The notes: generated by a model from the letters alone, not told the origin. DNA of 64,000 nucleotides from Anolis carolinensis (GCF_035594765.1 NC_085846.1:54671190-54735189), one strand, 5' to 3'; counted from the stretch's first letter, positions 1-13,436 are shown. Numbers and translations: made by a program.

Positions 1-849
1 GCATTTCTCAGCCTTGAACTGGAAATACTGTCACCCCTGAGTTGTGGTTTCTAAACATTGCCTCATTGCTGCTTTCTTGACAATACAAGTCTGTTGAAAG
101 ACCTCCAAGAGTAAAGTTAAGCTGGACATAGTGACGTAATTCTTAACCAGAAAAAGAGCATGATGCCAGTTCAGAAATGGGAACTCAGGCCAAAAATGTC
201 TCTTGGCTCTCTAACGTCTATGTGATGAGCATGATCCAAATTTTGTGGATATCTATAAAGCAGGTGGAGTGGGGTATTTAAAGTGTGCAATGGGCAGGCA
301 ACTTACAGAAACTGATAGTGCCACTTGGCTGTAGTCCTGCCAGAAAATAATTTCTTATCATTAGACTTTCTCCTATGAAATACCATGCCTGGAAGAATTG
401 CACAACGAGAAAGAAAAATACCTCAAATTATATGTTTCTGTGCACAAAAGTACAGTACACAGCTCATCTTTTCCTTCACACTGATACTGTAACTTAAGAC
501 TGCAATTCAACACAAATTTTCCAAGGAGTAAACACCACTGAACCTGATAACACATCCTTATCTGGGCACATATATTTAGAATAGTTCCATAAATCACCCT
601 TCCCTGACTTATAGAGACACACAAGTGTACAGCAGTCACATCTATTTTATCATTTGGAATAGGATAGAATGAGATCTCTGCCAGAAAGAACACTCTGTCC
701 AGCTATTAGTTGGTCTTAGGATGGTAGGATGGACGAAGAACATATTCTTATATCAGCAGGTTTATAGCAGAAATCATGAACTTGTGGTCTTTCAAATGTA
801 GATGAACTTCAGTTTCTTTAATCACTCACAGTTCAGACTGGTGGTGGTG

Positions 850-850
<1 letters not shown>

Positions 851-903
<53 letters not shown>
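851..903. repeat. (TTA)n microsatellite
   Basis: About 17 consecutive TTA units. Confidence 0.95.
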
Positions 904-905
<2 letters not shown>

Positions 906-949
906 ACCTACTTGGTTAAAACATTCATCATTATCATCATTATATCGTC

Positions 950-1151
950 ATAGGCATGTTTAACATTTCAACTATGTCAATTTTAACTATGACTTGTTTA
1001 AATTGTTTTTAAATTGTGTTGTCTGATGTCTAAATTGTTATTTTATGATTTTATGTGATTATATTGGGCTTGTTCCCTGTGTGAGCCGCCTCGAGTCCCC
1101 TGCTGGGGAGATGGAGGCGGCATACAAAAATAAATTTATTATTATTATTAT
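950..1151 (+). mobile_element. L2 LINE 3' UTR/tail fragment
   Basis: T-rich UTR, then GTGAGCCGCCTCGAGTCCCC...GGGGAGATGGAGGCGG...AAATAAA and a (TTA)n tail. Same tail type as the L2 copies at 12358 and 42250. Confidence 0.7.
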
Positions 1152-1444
1152 AGGCAATCACTTGTGGCCAAGTATGATTGTGTTCTAGGATAGAGTCTTG
1201 GTGGTGGGTCCGCAAGTGACTGTGAATGCCTATTATGGATCCACAAGGTCTTTCACAATGAGAACGTAGATTTCCATATAGAGGCAGTCATGACATGGGT
1301 TTCCTTGACATGCTTTCCTCTTGGCACATTTCTTCCTTTTCCCCTGTATTCATACCTTTTTGAAAACCATAGCACTGCTGGTAACAGCTGGCCTCCAGTT
1401 ACAACATTCAAGTGACAGGGCTTCCAAGCTCACAGGGATATCCC
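1152..1444 (-). mobile_element. RTE-1-type LINE 3' end, degenerate
   Basis: The reverse strand resembles an RTE ORF C-terminus (WEAL..ER..WR.AV, then C..C...C.S.IG..SHLRTH zinc-finger remnant) with mutations. Confidence 0.65.
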
Positions 1445-2309
1445 AGTAGTAGCTGGCAGCTTGTATAGATTTACTGTAAATTTTAGTCTGAAATTTCAAG
1501 AGCTATCCAAAGTGTTGAACCCTATTCCTGAAATATGTTTGATAATTCCTGTCAAGTATGTATATAGGCCTTTTAATTTTAATGCAATGAAAATATAAAT
1601 GACGATCTACATTTTTTTAATCCAGTTGTCCTAGTCAGTTCAAGATCTCATTGCTAGATTATCTCTATAGATAGAGGGCTTTTGCAAATTTTCATTCCTT
1701 TTCATATCTCAGATACACATGAATGTGAAAATAAATTTCTAGTGATTATGAGACAAAAAAATTATGTATATAGGCCTCATCTACACTGGCCACTTCTCCA
1801 TCTCCTGCGATGATCAGCACAGAGAAAAGTTGATGGCGGCAGTGTGTATGTGAACTGTGGGTTGGGCTGAAACTGATTGAGTTATCCAGATGGCTGCAAA
1901 GCCCAAGAATACACCAGAGTTTCCTACAAACTCCAGAGTATTCCCCAATGTTACTTAGTGTGAAGCAACCCTGGATACTGGATATCAAAAGACACTGTGT
2001 ATTATGAAGACTGCCAGTGCTGGATTTAAACTAGGTGAACTCTTTCCTTATGACAAAACTAATCTTAAAGGCTGCCTGTACCCTACTGGTTTTTAACAAA
2101 CGTCACACACTTGGCAGCATGTCCTGGTCTGAGCATGATAAAATGTCCTCACTAAATCCTTCAACACGCCTTTGATGAAATGTAGCTGTGAGACAGGAGG
2201 CAATTGATATGTTTTTCCAAAGGCTCAAATGCTATCTAAGGACATGCTGCCAAAAAGCAATTGCCCTGGTTCCCCACCCCTTGCATATCATGTTGAAATC
2301 TTGCTTGTA

Positions 2310-2740
2310 TTATTGTCTTTTCTACAGAGCCATGTCCAAAGTATAACCATGTCGGTTTAGTCTTCCTGGCATGTAGGAAGAGTTCAGGATTGATTTGCTG
2401 TAGGATCCGCCTATTTGGTTTTTTGTCAAGCCATAGTATTCACAGAACTCTTCTCTGGCACCATAATTCAAATGAGTTGTTTCTCTTCCTATCAGCTTTC
2501 TTCATTGCCCAGCTTTCACCACCAAATATAGACAATGAAAATAGCATTACTTTGGTATTCAATGATATAACTTTAATACTTAAGGATCTTTTCTAGTAAC
2601 TTCAAAGCTGCCCTTCCAAGGCCTAGTCTTGTTCTGGTTTGTAGACTGAAGCTCAATTTTGATGAATTATTCATCCAACACACAGGAAACTTTTGACTAT
2701 CACAATGTCCTCATTGTCTACTTTAAAATTATGTAAACTA
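2310..2740 (-). mobile_element. Old RTE/BovB-like LINE fragment
   Basis: The reverse strand gives degenerate FELWC.RR.L.I.W....N..IL.QI.P ... YFGH, homologous to the BovB C-terminus at 30870-31015. Confidence 0.65.
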
Positions 2741-3364
2741 TTAATGATGATTATTTATTGTTTTTTATAAACCTGCCTTTAAACTTAAATCTTATGTTGA
2801 TATAATATCATTAGGACTACATGAATCTTCATCTTTGATCATGCATTTGCAACCTTCACTCCAGGATTCACTAACATCTAGCAAACACTGTTTTTCTGCA
2901 CCAGATTTTGTAATGGCTTTCACCATGACATTAATGTTGACAGTTCTGGTCTGATCCACACAGTGCACAAAACCCAGAGGCAGTATCAGTGTGCCTGTGA
3001 TCATTATCCTGGTTAGGCTGTCTTTGTCATCTTCAGCAATTCAAAATAATAGATGGTTCCAGGCATATAGTGGGGGAAAGTGTCTTCTTGATGCCAGCTC
3101 TCTCATTTCTTTGGCAGTTACAAACATATCTAGTCACCTTGAATCTCTGTATTGGGAGAAAGATGGGTTTTAAAATAAAAAGCACAATACATTAATACCT
3201 GCTACTTTCCTAAGGACCACATCCCATGATGTGAAACTGTCTTACTTTATTCCCTACTGCCAAGGTCCACCTTCTGGGATGGCCAGCCATCCCATGTCCT
3301 TTCCCCATCCTTGCTGTCTTTTGCTACTTGGAATTGAGTAGCACTTGACTCCTGTAAACACATT

Positions 3365-3824
3365 CTGGGCTCCGTTTCCATACATTGCAGAAACAGAGTT
3401 CCACAGAATCCCACCAGAAGTACCCTCATAGAATCATAGAATAGTAGAGTTGGAAGAGACCTCATGGGCCATCCAGTCCAACCCCCTGCCAAGTAGCAGG
3501 AAATCGCATTCAAAGCACCCCTGACAGATGGCCATCCAGCCTCTGCTTAAAAGTCTCCAAAGAAGGAGCCTCCACTACAGTCCAGGGGAGAGAGTTCCAC
3601 TGCCGAACAGCTCTCACAGTGAGGAAATTCTTCCTGATGTTCAGGTGGAATCTCCTTTCCTGTAATTTGAAGCCATTGTTCCTTGTCCTAGTCTGTAGGC
3701 AGCAGAAAACAAGCTTGCTCCCTCCTCCCTATGACTTCCCTTCACGTATTTGTACATGGCTATCATGTCATGTGATGGCCTCCGTGGCACTCTGTTTCTG
3801 AGGTGCATGGAAACAGACCTCAGT
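3365..3824. mobile_element. Palindromic non-autonomous DNA element split by a CR1 insertion
   Basis: 3365-3420 and 3770-3824 are imperfect inverted repeats. A related core without the CR1 lies at 42318-42420. Confidence 0.55.
3427..3769 (-). mobile_element. CR1 LINE, 5'-truncated 3' end
   Basis: ATTCTATG-type 3' tail on the minus strand. Closely matches the CR1 at 32770-33163, which encodes RTRNNGFKLQERRFHLNIRKNFLTVRAVRQWNSLP. Confidence 0.92.
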
Positions 3825-4117
3825 CTGTGTGTAAAGTCGTTAGAAGGGAAATTTCAACTTCGCTATATGAAAGTAGGGTATAGATCTTGTCCTTTGGGCA
3901 GCAAAATTTCCTTGGCCACCCCTGAAGAAGGAACAATTCTGATTTGAGTATCTAGTACAGCTCCTTCTCCTACAGAAGGTTTGTATTGTGTTTGAAAATA
4001 AAGAAAGACCTAAGATTTTGCAAGATTTAGGCTTATCAATGTGACAAGTTCCCTCAAGAATTACTAGTCCAGGAGGACAGGACACATTGCGGAAATAGGG
4101 GACCAAGATTGGCAAGT

Positions 4118-4283
4118 ACCATATTTACTCAAGTCTAATGCACCATCGAATCTAATGAGCATCTCAATTTCAAAACTTTGAAACCCAATGAAGTATTTAC
4201 CATATTACATGAATCTAATGCACACCTCAACTTTGGGAAGTAGTTTAACCAAAAAAGGTGAGCATTAGAATCGAGTAAATACA
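4118..4283. mobile_element. Tc1/mariner (pogo/Tc2-type) MITE
   Basis: TIRs CCATATTTACTCAAGTCTAATGC / GCATTAGAATCGAGTAAATACAG, with TA at the left flank. Confidence 0.7.
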
Positions 4284-4299
4284 GAATATTTGCCAGATA

Positions 4300-4642
4300 C
4301 AGTGTTCCCTCACTACTTCGTGGTTCACTTTTCGTGGATTCGCTGTTTTGCGGTTTTTCAATAAACTCTAAAAGACTATTATTAAACATAAAAAAATACA
4401 AATTACAGCCTAAGGAAGGGAGGAAGGAGAAGCCAAAGGGAGAGAAAAGGAGCCCAAGTGGCAACAGATGGAAAAGGAGGCAATTTATCAACACACGATT
4501 GGTTGATAAAGACTTAAAACAGTGTATAACTACTAAAATAATGTATAAATATTAAAATAAATACAGTGTCCCTACTTCACGGATTTTCACTTATTGCGGG
4601 TGGTCCTGGAACCTAATCCCAGTGATAGGTGAGGGAACACTG
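4300..4642. mobile_element. Tigger/pogo-like MITE
   Basis: TIR CAGTGTTCCCTCAC at both ends with TA TSD. An inverted copy lies at 11157-11498. Confidence 0.9.
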
Positions 4643-5478
4643 TACATTTTTATAGAACAATGATGGGTTAGCAAGTCAGGAGGCCCATTCCTGGGAAATT
4701 TGCAAGGTGCTTGATGGGCTAGTAATGTTAGCACTGTATTGTGCAACCTCAAGATCTCTTGCTGTCAACTTTCTTATGGTTCACTTTGTTTAAATTAGAG
4801 ATGTACCAGGCAGCTCCTCAAAGAGAGGACATTCTGCTAGAAGTCCTTCAACTACAGGACCTTGCTCTATGAAGCAGGAAGAATGACCATTTGAAAACAA
4901 ACTCTAGTATAGTAAGAGAACTATGAAAAGAGAAATCACTCATCTTTCTCAAACCTCCTGTTTTATCTAACCAAATAGCTTCTGCCAATACTGACAACAT
5001 TGTTGTGAGGAAAATCTGTTACTGTTCTGGCTATATTTAGCAAGTTTCTTTAGAAGCCTGTTCCTATGTATAAATTTAGTAATCACTCTAACTAAAAGTA
5101 AGAGAAAAGAGAAACAAGAAAACCTCATTTTCAAAGAAGAATCTTGACATCATTGTAAAGGCTGACTCACAAATGATGCTAATCTGTTTAAAACATAGAA
5201 GCTGTGATTGTGTCGGGGATTGACCCTGGGTCTGAGAGATGGCACCCAAAAGAAGGATAATAGGATTGCTATTAGCTGTCATAAGATTCATAGCTGGGTA
5301 TTTTCCAATGTTTCACTATGGAGCAAGGAGAACCATTTTAGGGGCCCACATATATGGGGAAAATGAGTTGACCTAGGGTGAATGGCAGTCATGTGACACA
5401 TGGGGTCTATTTGTCAGAAATCTTGAGGAGGCTGCTCTTCAACGGAGGTCTGTTTTAAAAAGTACATTAATTCAGATT

Positions 5479-6053
5479 GGCTGCACCTACACTATAGAGT
5501 TGGTGCAGTTTGATAGCATTTTAGCTGTCATAGCTCCATGCTATAGAACTGTACGATTTGTAGTTTGGTGAGGTGCAATTGGTGCATCCAGCCAGAAACA
5601 GTGTTTTTTAAAAAAAAAAAAAAAAAACTACCAGAAATTCCACTGAAACCCATCACTGTATATTCCATGCAGAACTGCACACAAGACAGAAAAATGCAGA
5701 GTGCTTATCAGGATGAACTAGTGCAGATACATTCTAAAAACCTGGAAACAAAGCTAGATCCCCATTGGACATGCTGCTCCCCATCAGTACTTACCACGAT
5801 AATTATAATAATGAATCAGTGCATTCCACCACAAAATGTGCAAAAAAGTGTGCAGGGGTTCAGATCGATCTTTACTTAGTGAATCTCTGTGGCCACTATT
5901 TCAACCTCCAACCAGTTCCTGAGGTGCCTGGGTAGGCACTGCAGAAAACATGTTCAGTTTAATCCCCATTCTGACCTAGTTTAGATGGCTGTGTAGACCT
6001 GCCTGTAGTTAAAGTGGTGTCAAACTGCAACACTTTTACAGTGTTGATGAACC
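5479..6053. mobile_element. PIF/Harbinger-like MITE with internal insertion
   Basis: Ends GGCTGCACCTACACT...GCAGTTTGA / TCAAACTGC...AGTGTTGATGAACC. Related to 9718-9920. Confidence 0.5.
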
Positions 6054-6067
6054 AACCACCTGCCAAA

Positions 6068-6232
6068 TTGTTGTTGTTGTGTGTCTTTTGTGATGGCAGG
6101 CCTAAGTCCAGCCTGTCATAATGTTTTTTTGGCAAGATTTGTTCTGATGGGGCCTTGCCGTTGCCATCCTCTGAGGTTGTGAAAATATGACTTCCCCAAA
6201 TGAGTTGCCATCACTGAGTGAGATTCAAACCG
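6068..6232 (-). mobile_element. Old SINE remnant with (CAA)n tail
   Basis: Similar to 56066-56230, ending in a B-box-like GAGATTCAAACC. Confidence 0.55.
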
Positions 6233-7356
6233 AGAAATTTAATTACCCAGCCACCATGTTAAGTGACTGAATCATGTTAAGCCCTTGAAACTTTCAGTTG
6301 AGGTCCCCAATTTTTTTTTTGTATGAAATCCATAATAAAGATAAGTATTGAAATGTTGCCACAGAAGGGCAAAGGTATCTCAGGCTTGTGAGCACAAGCT
6401 CTGTGGTGCAGGACTGCACCTTCATTTTATAAAAAGTACAATGATATCTCAAATCCAATCCTGATGTGGGACACCTGAGGTTAGTTCCATACAGTCACTA
6501 AAATTGAGTTTATGAAGTGGATTAGACTGAACTAGAGTGCCTGCCTACACAATCATCACTGGAACCAGTATGAGGCTGAGACAATGGCCACAATATCCAT
6601 TGACTGCATATTGGAACCAAGCCCAGAAATATTTTTTCTTACCCAGTCCACTGAAATGCCCTGATGTGCATTGCCATGTCCATTTAGGATCAGTGCTACC
6701 CTGTGACAGGGCAAAGAAAATGAGAACAAAGCAAGAGTTCCCATGGGAATGGTGTGGTTTCCAGTCTTGGGGAAGTTCTATTTTACCGAATTGCAATATA
6801 GTTAGTTTGTGTAGAACTGCCCTGAGTGAATTGCAATACATGTCTCAAATGATAAGAAATACAAAGAAATATTATCTGGCAGAAAAAAAATATGAAATTA
6901 AAAATAAATTAAATGTATAGCCTATGTCTCTTTTATTTCTACACTCAAGGTCTTTGTTCTTTAAGGCTGATCTTCTTATGTAAATCATGACCACATGCAC
7001 TATTATAAACAGCTAAGGCAAGCAAAAATATTTTTAAGTATAGTTAATTTATGACTCTGCATGTGTTTCAAATAGATTTTAAAAGCAAAGGGCTTTACTA
7101 TTTATTTTTCAGATATTCCTTCATTCCCTGATTGTGCTTACAAGCTAAACAGTTTAGGACATTATTCATTTCTATGAAAAACCCAGATTTAGCATCAGCT
7201 GTTATTTTTTTTTCTTTATTAGAAAACATGCACACAGTCAAAAAAAGAAGCATTTTCAAATAATTTCAAATTTTCAAAGAGACACAGCGTGTGGGCAGAC
7301 ATATGGAAATATGTTGTACCTTAACAGTAAATATGAAGAAAAGCTCAGTAGCCTTA

Positions 7357-7493
7357 ATGTGTTGTTGGAGGCTTTCATGGCCGGAATCACAGGGTTGTTG
7401 TATGTTTTCTGGGCTGTATGGTCATGTTCCAGAAATATTCTTTCCTGATGTTTCACCCACATCTATGGCAGACATCTTCAGAGGTTGTGAGGT
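7357..7493 (-). mobile_element. Penelope-like element pLTR fragment
   Basis: Closely matches the reverse complement of 37561-37694 and includes a hammerhead-like motif. Confidence 0.85.
7444..7484 (-). ncRNA. Minimal type I hammerhead ribozyme motif (degenerate)
   Basis: Minus strand reads CCT-CTGAAGA-TGTCTGCCATAGATGTGGGT-GAAAC-ATC-AGG. Confidence 0.55.
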
Positions 7494-7946
7494 ATATATA
7501 GTGCCATTTTTCTGTCTTTGTGTGCTGGAGGGTAGAATCCTGCCCCATTCCTAGCTGTGCTGAACCAGGTTAATGGATCATTAAGACCCCTTGGAGGCAG
7601 TTGACAGGACCCCTTTGAGGCCATAATTCAGTCTCAGACCAATTTGGAGCTTCATTATGAGCCTGTGTAGAAGCATACTTGTATTCTGCTAAATTCAATG
7701 GGAATTATTGTCATACAAGTGCATAGCTATGATGCCAATATGCCCTATTTTACAGAGGTTAACCTCTAAGATCCCCAGCTTAATTAGCTTTTTATATCAC
7801 TTTTAGGTATGGTAATAGGATTAAAATGGGTTTAATGGTTTAAACTGTATATTTTAATAGTTCAGTACTTAATCCTATTTTGGATGTTTTTAGTGATATA
7901 TTGTGTTGCTTTTAGAATTGTTAATTAATAATTTCAAATCCAAATC

Positions 7947-8290
7947 TGTTCTGCCCCCATGCTGTCTTAACTACTTGGAAGGTGAACTGGCTGTGCAGGG
8001 AACAGACTGGAGACTATATAGTTGACTCAAACAATAATTTATTAACTGACAAGAATTTTAGACTTTCTCTCCTCCTGAGTCTCACTAAAAAGTCTTTATG
8101 AGGAGAGGTAAAGTCTTTGAGAGATAGGCACAGGCTCTTAAATCTTCATTTCTTCTTAATGTCTCTTTCTTGTATGGTGTTCAACTGTCTCTAAGACTGT
8201 CTCAGTATTTAGCTTTCACTGGACTTGATTACAGCTCCAACTGAACTTGAATACAGCTCGAATACAGACTTCTTTGTGTGTTATTCTTGT
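7947..8290 (-). mobile_element. Possible partial LTR
   Basis: Begins TGTT on plus, with TTTATT (minus-strand AATAAA) about 90 bp inside and short internal repeats. The other end was not found. Confidence 0.35.
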
Positions 8291-9717
8291 TCTTTTGTCA
8301 TGTTCTTTTTTCTGCATAAAAATAGTTTAATAAAACAACAAGCTACTATGCTTGTAAATATTTAGGAGTAGCTGTGTTGGCCAGGTAAGAAAATACAATA
8401 AAAAATAAAATCCACCAAAGAGTGATTACTGTATTAGGTCAACTAAATATCACAAACTATTTTAAGCAAGCTTTTAAAGACCAATAATATTACCATTTAT
8501 TATAGCTTGTGGATTTTGTTGTATGCTTGTAAATGTCATCCAATTGTATCAGAGATTATTTTCCAAAGAATATGATTACTGTCTGATTTCTCCATTATAG
8601 TAAATAAGGAAACATCTGAAGCTCTGCATTTTTTGAAAAAGTAATTTGTTGTCGAGCCATGTAGATTATTTACTTTCATCATCTGGATTATATGGCAGTG
8701 TAGATCCATCCTAAGATCAGCACCTTTGTCTTTTAAGCCTTATGAAGCAAATTGCTTGTAGTTGCATCCTTTTTGACTAAATTTTAATAAACCTTTCTGG
8801 CTTATCTTCAACCTGGTGAGTTTATTTCTCTGTCCTAGTCTATCTGATTTAGCATACGCTCACCAGGCACTGATCTCTCTAATTGCAGTCCTAGCTAAAA
8901 CACTACAAACTGATGCCGATTCCAAAGTATCAACTCAAAGAGCAAAATAAATTTTATTCATATGCATGCCCAATATATGTGACAGAAAACTATTATTTGA
9001 AAAATTCCCAATAAAAACTAAAATCTATAACCACATTTATTTGTTTATTAATTGTTTCCTATGAGGAATCTTGCTTTCCAATTATATTGAAAACTCCTCC
9101 AGAAAAGCATATAAATACTGTATATATTCAATTTTTCCTTTACTGGAATTTCTGGGAATTCAAGTTTACAGTACTCATTCATTAATGCTAGACGCTAAAA
9201 ATAGATTCCCACCCACTGGAAATGCAATCTGGTGGTCTGGATGACAACATTTTAATGGCTGGTTAAATGATAAGAAAACTAACACTGCAGACTGACAAGA
9301 GGAATGTTATCTTGTGACTGTCCAGGGCATCCCTTACATTAAGAGCCTGCAATATCCAAAGTTACCAATCTGTTGTTAAATCATTCTACAAAATAATTTT
9401 AAAGCTGTCATGACTGCAATGTGATAGCTTCATCTAAAGTTGCATTGAAGTTGTCAAGTTCTTTGGAATAGGACATGTTGCACCCTTCCAATTACATATT
9501 ATTACACTTTGGGGCATAAAGTATATATCATTATTACTGCATACCCTCTAATATTTCACAGATAAAAATTAGGAAGTGTGACTGAACAATATCAGCATAT
9601 GATGAAATGATTAATGTAGAAGAAAAGACATGCTAAGAGGGGCTGCAGCAGTTTGCTTTTGCTTGAATTTACAGGAATTTTCTGCATGAAGGAGAGTCCT
9701 TATGCAGAGAAACTCCC

Positions 9718-9920
9718 AGACCATCCATACTGCTGAACTTTAGCAGTTTGACACCATTTTAGCTGCTGTAACACCATTCTATGGAGTCTTGAAATTTGTA
9801 GTTTATTGTGGCATCAGAGGTCTCCGACAGAGAAGCATAACTGTCTCACAAAACTACAAATCCCAAAATCCAACAACCTTGTGGTGTCAAACTGCTACAA
9901 TTCTGCAGTGTGGATGCAGC
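9718..9920. mobile_element. PIF/Harbinger-like palindromic MITE
   Basis: CATCCATACTGC..GCAGTTTGACACCA / TGGTGTCAAACTGC..GCAGTGTGGATG inverted arms, plus an inner TTTGTAGTTT/AAACTACAAA pair. Confidence 0.65.
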
Positions 9921-11156
9921 TTCCATTATCATGGCACTCTGGGTATTATTGCAGCCTTGTGCTTTTCTCCATAAGGAGAATAATTTCAGAAACATCCATA
10001 CATGTGGGAGCAACCCATTCTGCTTATCATTCCCAGATCGGCAACACTACTTCTTGTATAATCTTCGTGATATCAGAAGATTACACTGGTAACTATTTAA
10101 CAAAATAATAATATCAGCTGGAAAAACCTGTCAAATTATAATCAACTAGGAACAGAAAGACAAATGAAAAATGACTTCATATAATTAAATCCTAGTTCAG
10201 CCATGGAAACCCATTCCAGGCTCTGGGCAAGTCACACTTTCTTAACTGAAAAAGAAAGGAATGTCAAACTTCCTTTGAATAAATCTTGCCAAGAGATCTC
10301 TGTGATAGGGTTGTTGTAATTTGGGAACTGACTTGAAGATACACGATGATGACATGAATAACTATAGGTCATAATGTACAAATATCCTATATACTCATGT
10401 ATAAGTTTAGACATTTTAGTCAAAAAATCTTTAGCATTTGAATTTTGTACGGTTAGATAAAAAGTTAAACCGATTCTAGCCCTCTAATCACAGTTACTCC
10501 AGTTCAATTTGGAATAGCATATTATACTGCATGAAGCCTAGGCAATCTTGAATGTCTTTGCCAACTAGACAAGACCACATTTTATGGAAATATTTGTCCT
10601 TGTAGCTCTTCCTTGTCTGCAAAGTTAAAGTAGGCTATTAACTTCTGATATGCTTACCCTTTGTTCCCTAAGAAAATCTCAGAGGTAAAGAAATTATATA
10701 AAATGCATGCAGACATTCCTATCCAGTTTTATATGGCCTGTTGACACAAGAAAAATCAGCTCTGTGTCCTGTAGCAGGTTCCAGAGCATGACAGGAACAG
10801 CTACATAAACTATCTTGTGTTCATTCCCAGTCTTTTATTGGGGAACAATATTTCTCCTTTCCAAACATTCCATGAAAAAACACACAAACTAAGAAGACAC
10901 TTAGAACATTTCTACACAGACATTATAATGCAGTTTGAAGTTGGCTTGAGGTTGAGGTTCCCACAAAACTCACACTCACAATCCACAGGTCAAGCTAGAA
11001 ACAGCACATTTAAAAGCTCACCAAAAAGTCTGGAACAAGGCAGATAGTGTGCTGCAGCCGATCAGAATATATCCCATGACAGACTCTAAACTAGGGTTAT
11101 TCTGAGCAGATATGGATATGCATCTCAGTACACCTGGTTAAGAAAAAAATACAGCA

Positions 11157-11498
11157 CAGTGTTCCCTCACATATTGCTGGGGTTACGTCCCAGGGCCACC
11201 CGCAATAAGTGAAAATCCGTGAAGTAGGGACACTATATTTATTTTAATATTTATACATTATTTTAGTAGTTATACACTATTTTAAGTCTTTATCAACCAA
11301 TCGTCTGTTGATAAATCGCCTCCTTCTCCTCCCGTTGCCACTTTGGCTCCTTTTCTCTCCCTTTGGCTTCTCCTTCCTCCATTCCTTAGGTTGTAAATTG
11401 TAATTTTTTATTATTTATAATAGCCTTTTAGAGTTTATTAAAAACCACAAAACAGCGAATCCATGAAAAGTGAACTGCGAAGTAGTGAGGGAACACTG
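11157..11498. mobile_element. Tigger/pogo-like MITE (inverted copy of 4300-4642)
   Basis: TIR CAGTGTTCCCTCAC at both ends; the interior is the reverse complement of the 4300 copy. Confidence 0.9.
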
Positions 11499-11664
11499 TA
11501 TTTGCATTTTACAGTGACTAACATAGATACCTGGGTTTGGTTCTGACTTGCAATCAGCGCATATTGTGGCCACCCTTTCAACTCAAACCAGTTCCTGGAG
11601 TGTTTCTTTGCAAAACTTTCAAACTGGATTACAGTGTTTACGTAGCACTGCCCTGAGACTCTCT

Positions 11665-12130
11665 AAACTCTCCAAAGAAGGAGCTTCTACCACACTCTGA
11701 GACGGAGAGACTGTTGGACCACTCTCATGGTCAGAAAGTTCTTCCTAATGTTCAGGTAAAATCTCCTTTCCTGTTATTTGAACCCCTTGCTCCAAGTCCC
11801 AGTTTCAGGACAACAGAAAAGAAGCCTGCTCCCTCTTCCTTATGACAGCCTTTCAAATAGTTAAACATGGCTATCATGTATCATCTCAGTTTTCTCGTCT
11901 GCAGGCTAAACATACCCAGCTCTTTAAATCACTCCTCATATGACGTGGTTTCCAGACTTTTGATCATTGTAGTTGCCCTCCTTTGGACCCATTCCAGTTT
12001 GTCAATATCCCTCTTGAATTGTGGTACCCAGAATTGGACACAGTATTCCAACTGAGGTCTGACCAAAGCAGAATAGAGAAACATCATTACTTCTCTTGAT
12101 CTAGACACTATACTTCTTTTAATGCAACCC
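11665..12130 (-). mobile_element. CR1 LINE fragment (older)
   Basis: A diverged match to the CR1 3' region at 32900-33163 that extends further into the RT C-terminus. Confidence 0.8.
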
Positions 12131-12357
12131 AGTTTTGTGTTGGATAGAATTACAGCATTAATTCTTAGTTGCTATTTAGCTACTGTTTCAAGACAGATTA
12201 AATTGAAACACTTGTCTGGTTTTGAACAGATGGTCATTTTTCTATCTGAAAAGGAAGCTGTTTACAGGGATTCAACGTTTTCTAATACACCTCCCTGAGT
12301 CCAAATTTCTACAAATATCAAGAAAGTTTTCTGCACGGTTGTGCATTTTGATACCAG

Positions 12358-13436
12358 GTAATAATAATAAATAATAATAAACTTTATTTTTATATCCCAC
12401 CCCATCTCCCCGAAGGGACTCGGGGCGGCTCCCAACAGGGACAAGCCCGAAACAACAACACAACATATTTGACAGAAACTTAAAACATTCCAATGATACA
12501 CAAAATAAAATAATGGACAATACATTAAAATCCAAGCAGATAAAATCAGAGTGATTCAAAGCAAACCAGTTGGGACAGGTTTCATAAAGTGCTGTATCAC
12601 GGAAATAAGTAACAGCGATAAAGTGCCATATGCTTTTAAAACAGAAAGAAGTATTCTAATAACAGCTCTATTGGGCCCATTTATTCAAATGCGCTCCGGA
12701 ACAACCATGTTTTCAATTCCCGGTGGAAAATGGGCAGGGAAGGAGCTAACCTGATCTCCTCAGGGAGAGAGTTCCAGAGCCGGGGCGCCACTGCCGAGAA
12801 GGCCCTCTCCCTCGTCCCCACCAGCCACATTTGAGACAAAGGCAGGAGCGAGAGGAGCGCCTCCCCAGATGATCTTAGGGTTCGCGTTGGTTCATAGGAG
12901 AGGAGGCGATCACGGAGATAGGCAGATCCTGAACCGTTTAAGGCTTTATAGGTAATAACCTGCACCTTGAATTGGGCTCGGAAACTTATCGGTAGCCAGT
13001 GGAGCTGTTTAAACAAAGGAGTTGACCATTCTCTGTAACTAGCTCCTGTGATTAATCTGGCTGCTGATCTCTGAACCAACTGAAGTTTCCGAACCATCTT
13101 CAAGGGTAGCCCCACTTAGAGTGCATTTTAGTAATCAAACCTGGAGGTGACTGAGGCGTGGACCACCATGGCCAAGTCAGACTTCACGAGGTACGGTCGC
13201 AGCTGGCGCACGAGCTTTAACTGTGCGAAGGCGCTCCTGGCAACCGCCGACACCTGAGCATCAAGTGGCAGTGCTGAGCCCAGGAGGACCCCCAAGCTGC
13301 GGACCTGCGTCTTAAGGGGGAGTGCAACCCCTTCGAGCACAGGTTGCCATCCTATGCCCCGATCAGCCGCATGACTGACCTGGAAGACCTCTGTCTTGTC
13401 AGGATTAAGTTTCAGCTTATTCACCCTCATCCAGTC
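12358..13436 (-). mobile_element. L2 LINE, 5'-truncated (RT C-terminus, 3' UTR, tail)
   Basis: ORFs 13128-13430 (LKLNPDKTEV..VRSLGVLL..SRFDY) and 12681-13115 (LHWLPISFRAQFK..RAFSAVAPRLWNSLP), a stem-loop tail and (TTA)n end. Confidence 0.92.

Noticed and set aside
2792-3173. Possible exon or transposase remnant
   Set aside because: Other frames contain stops, there are no convincing splice sites, and I recognise no motif.
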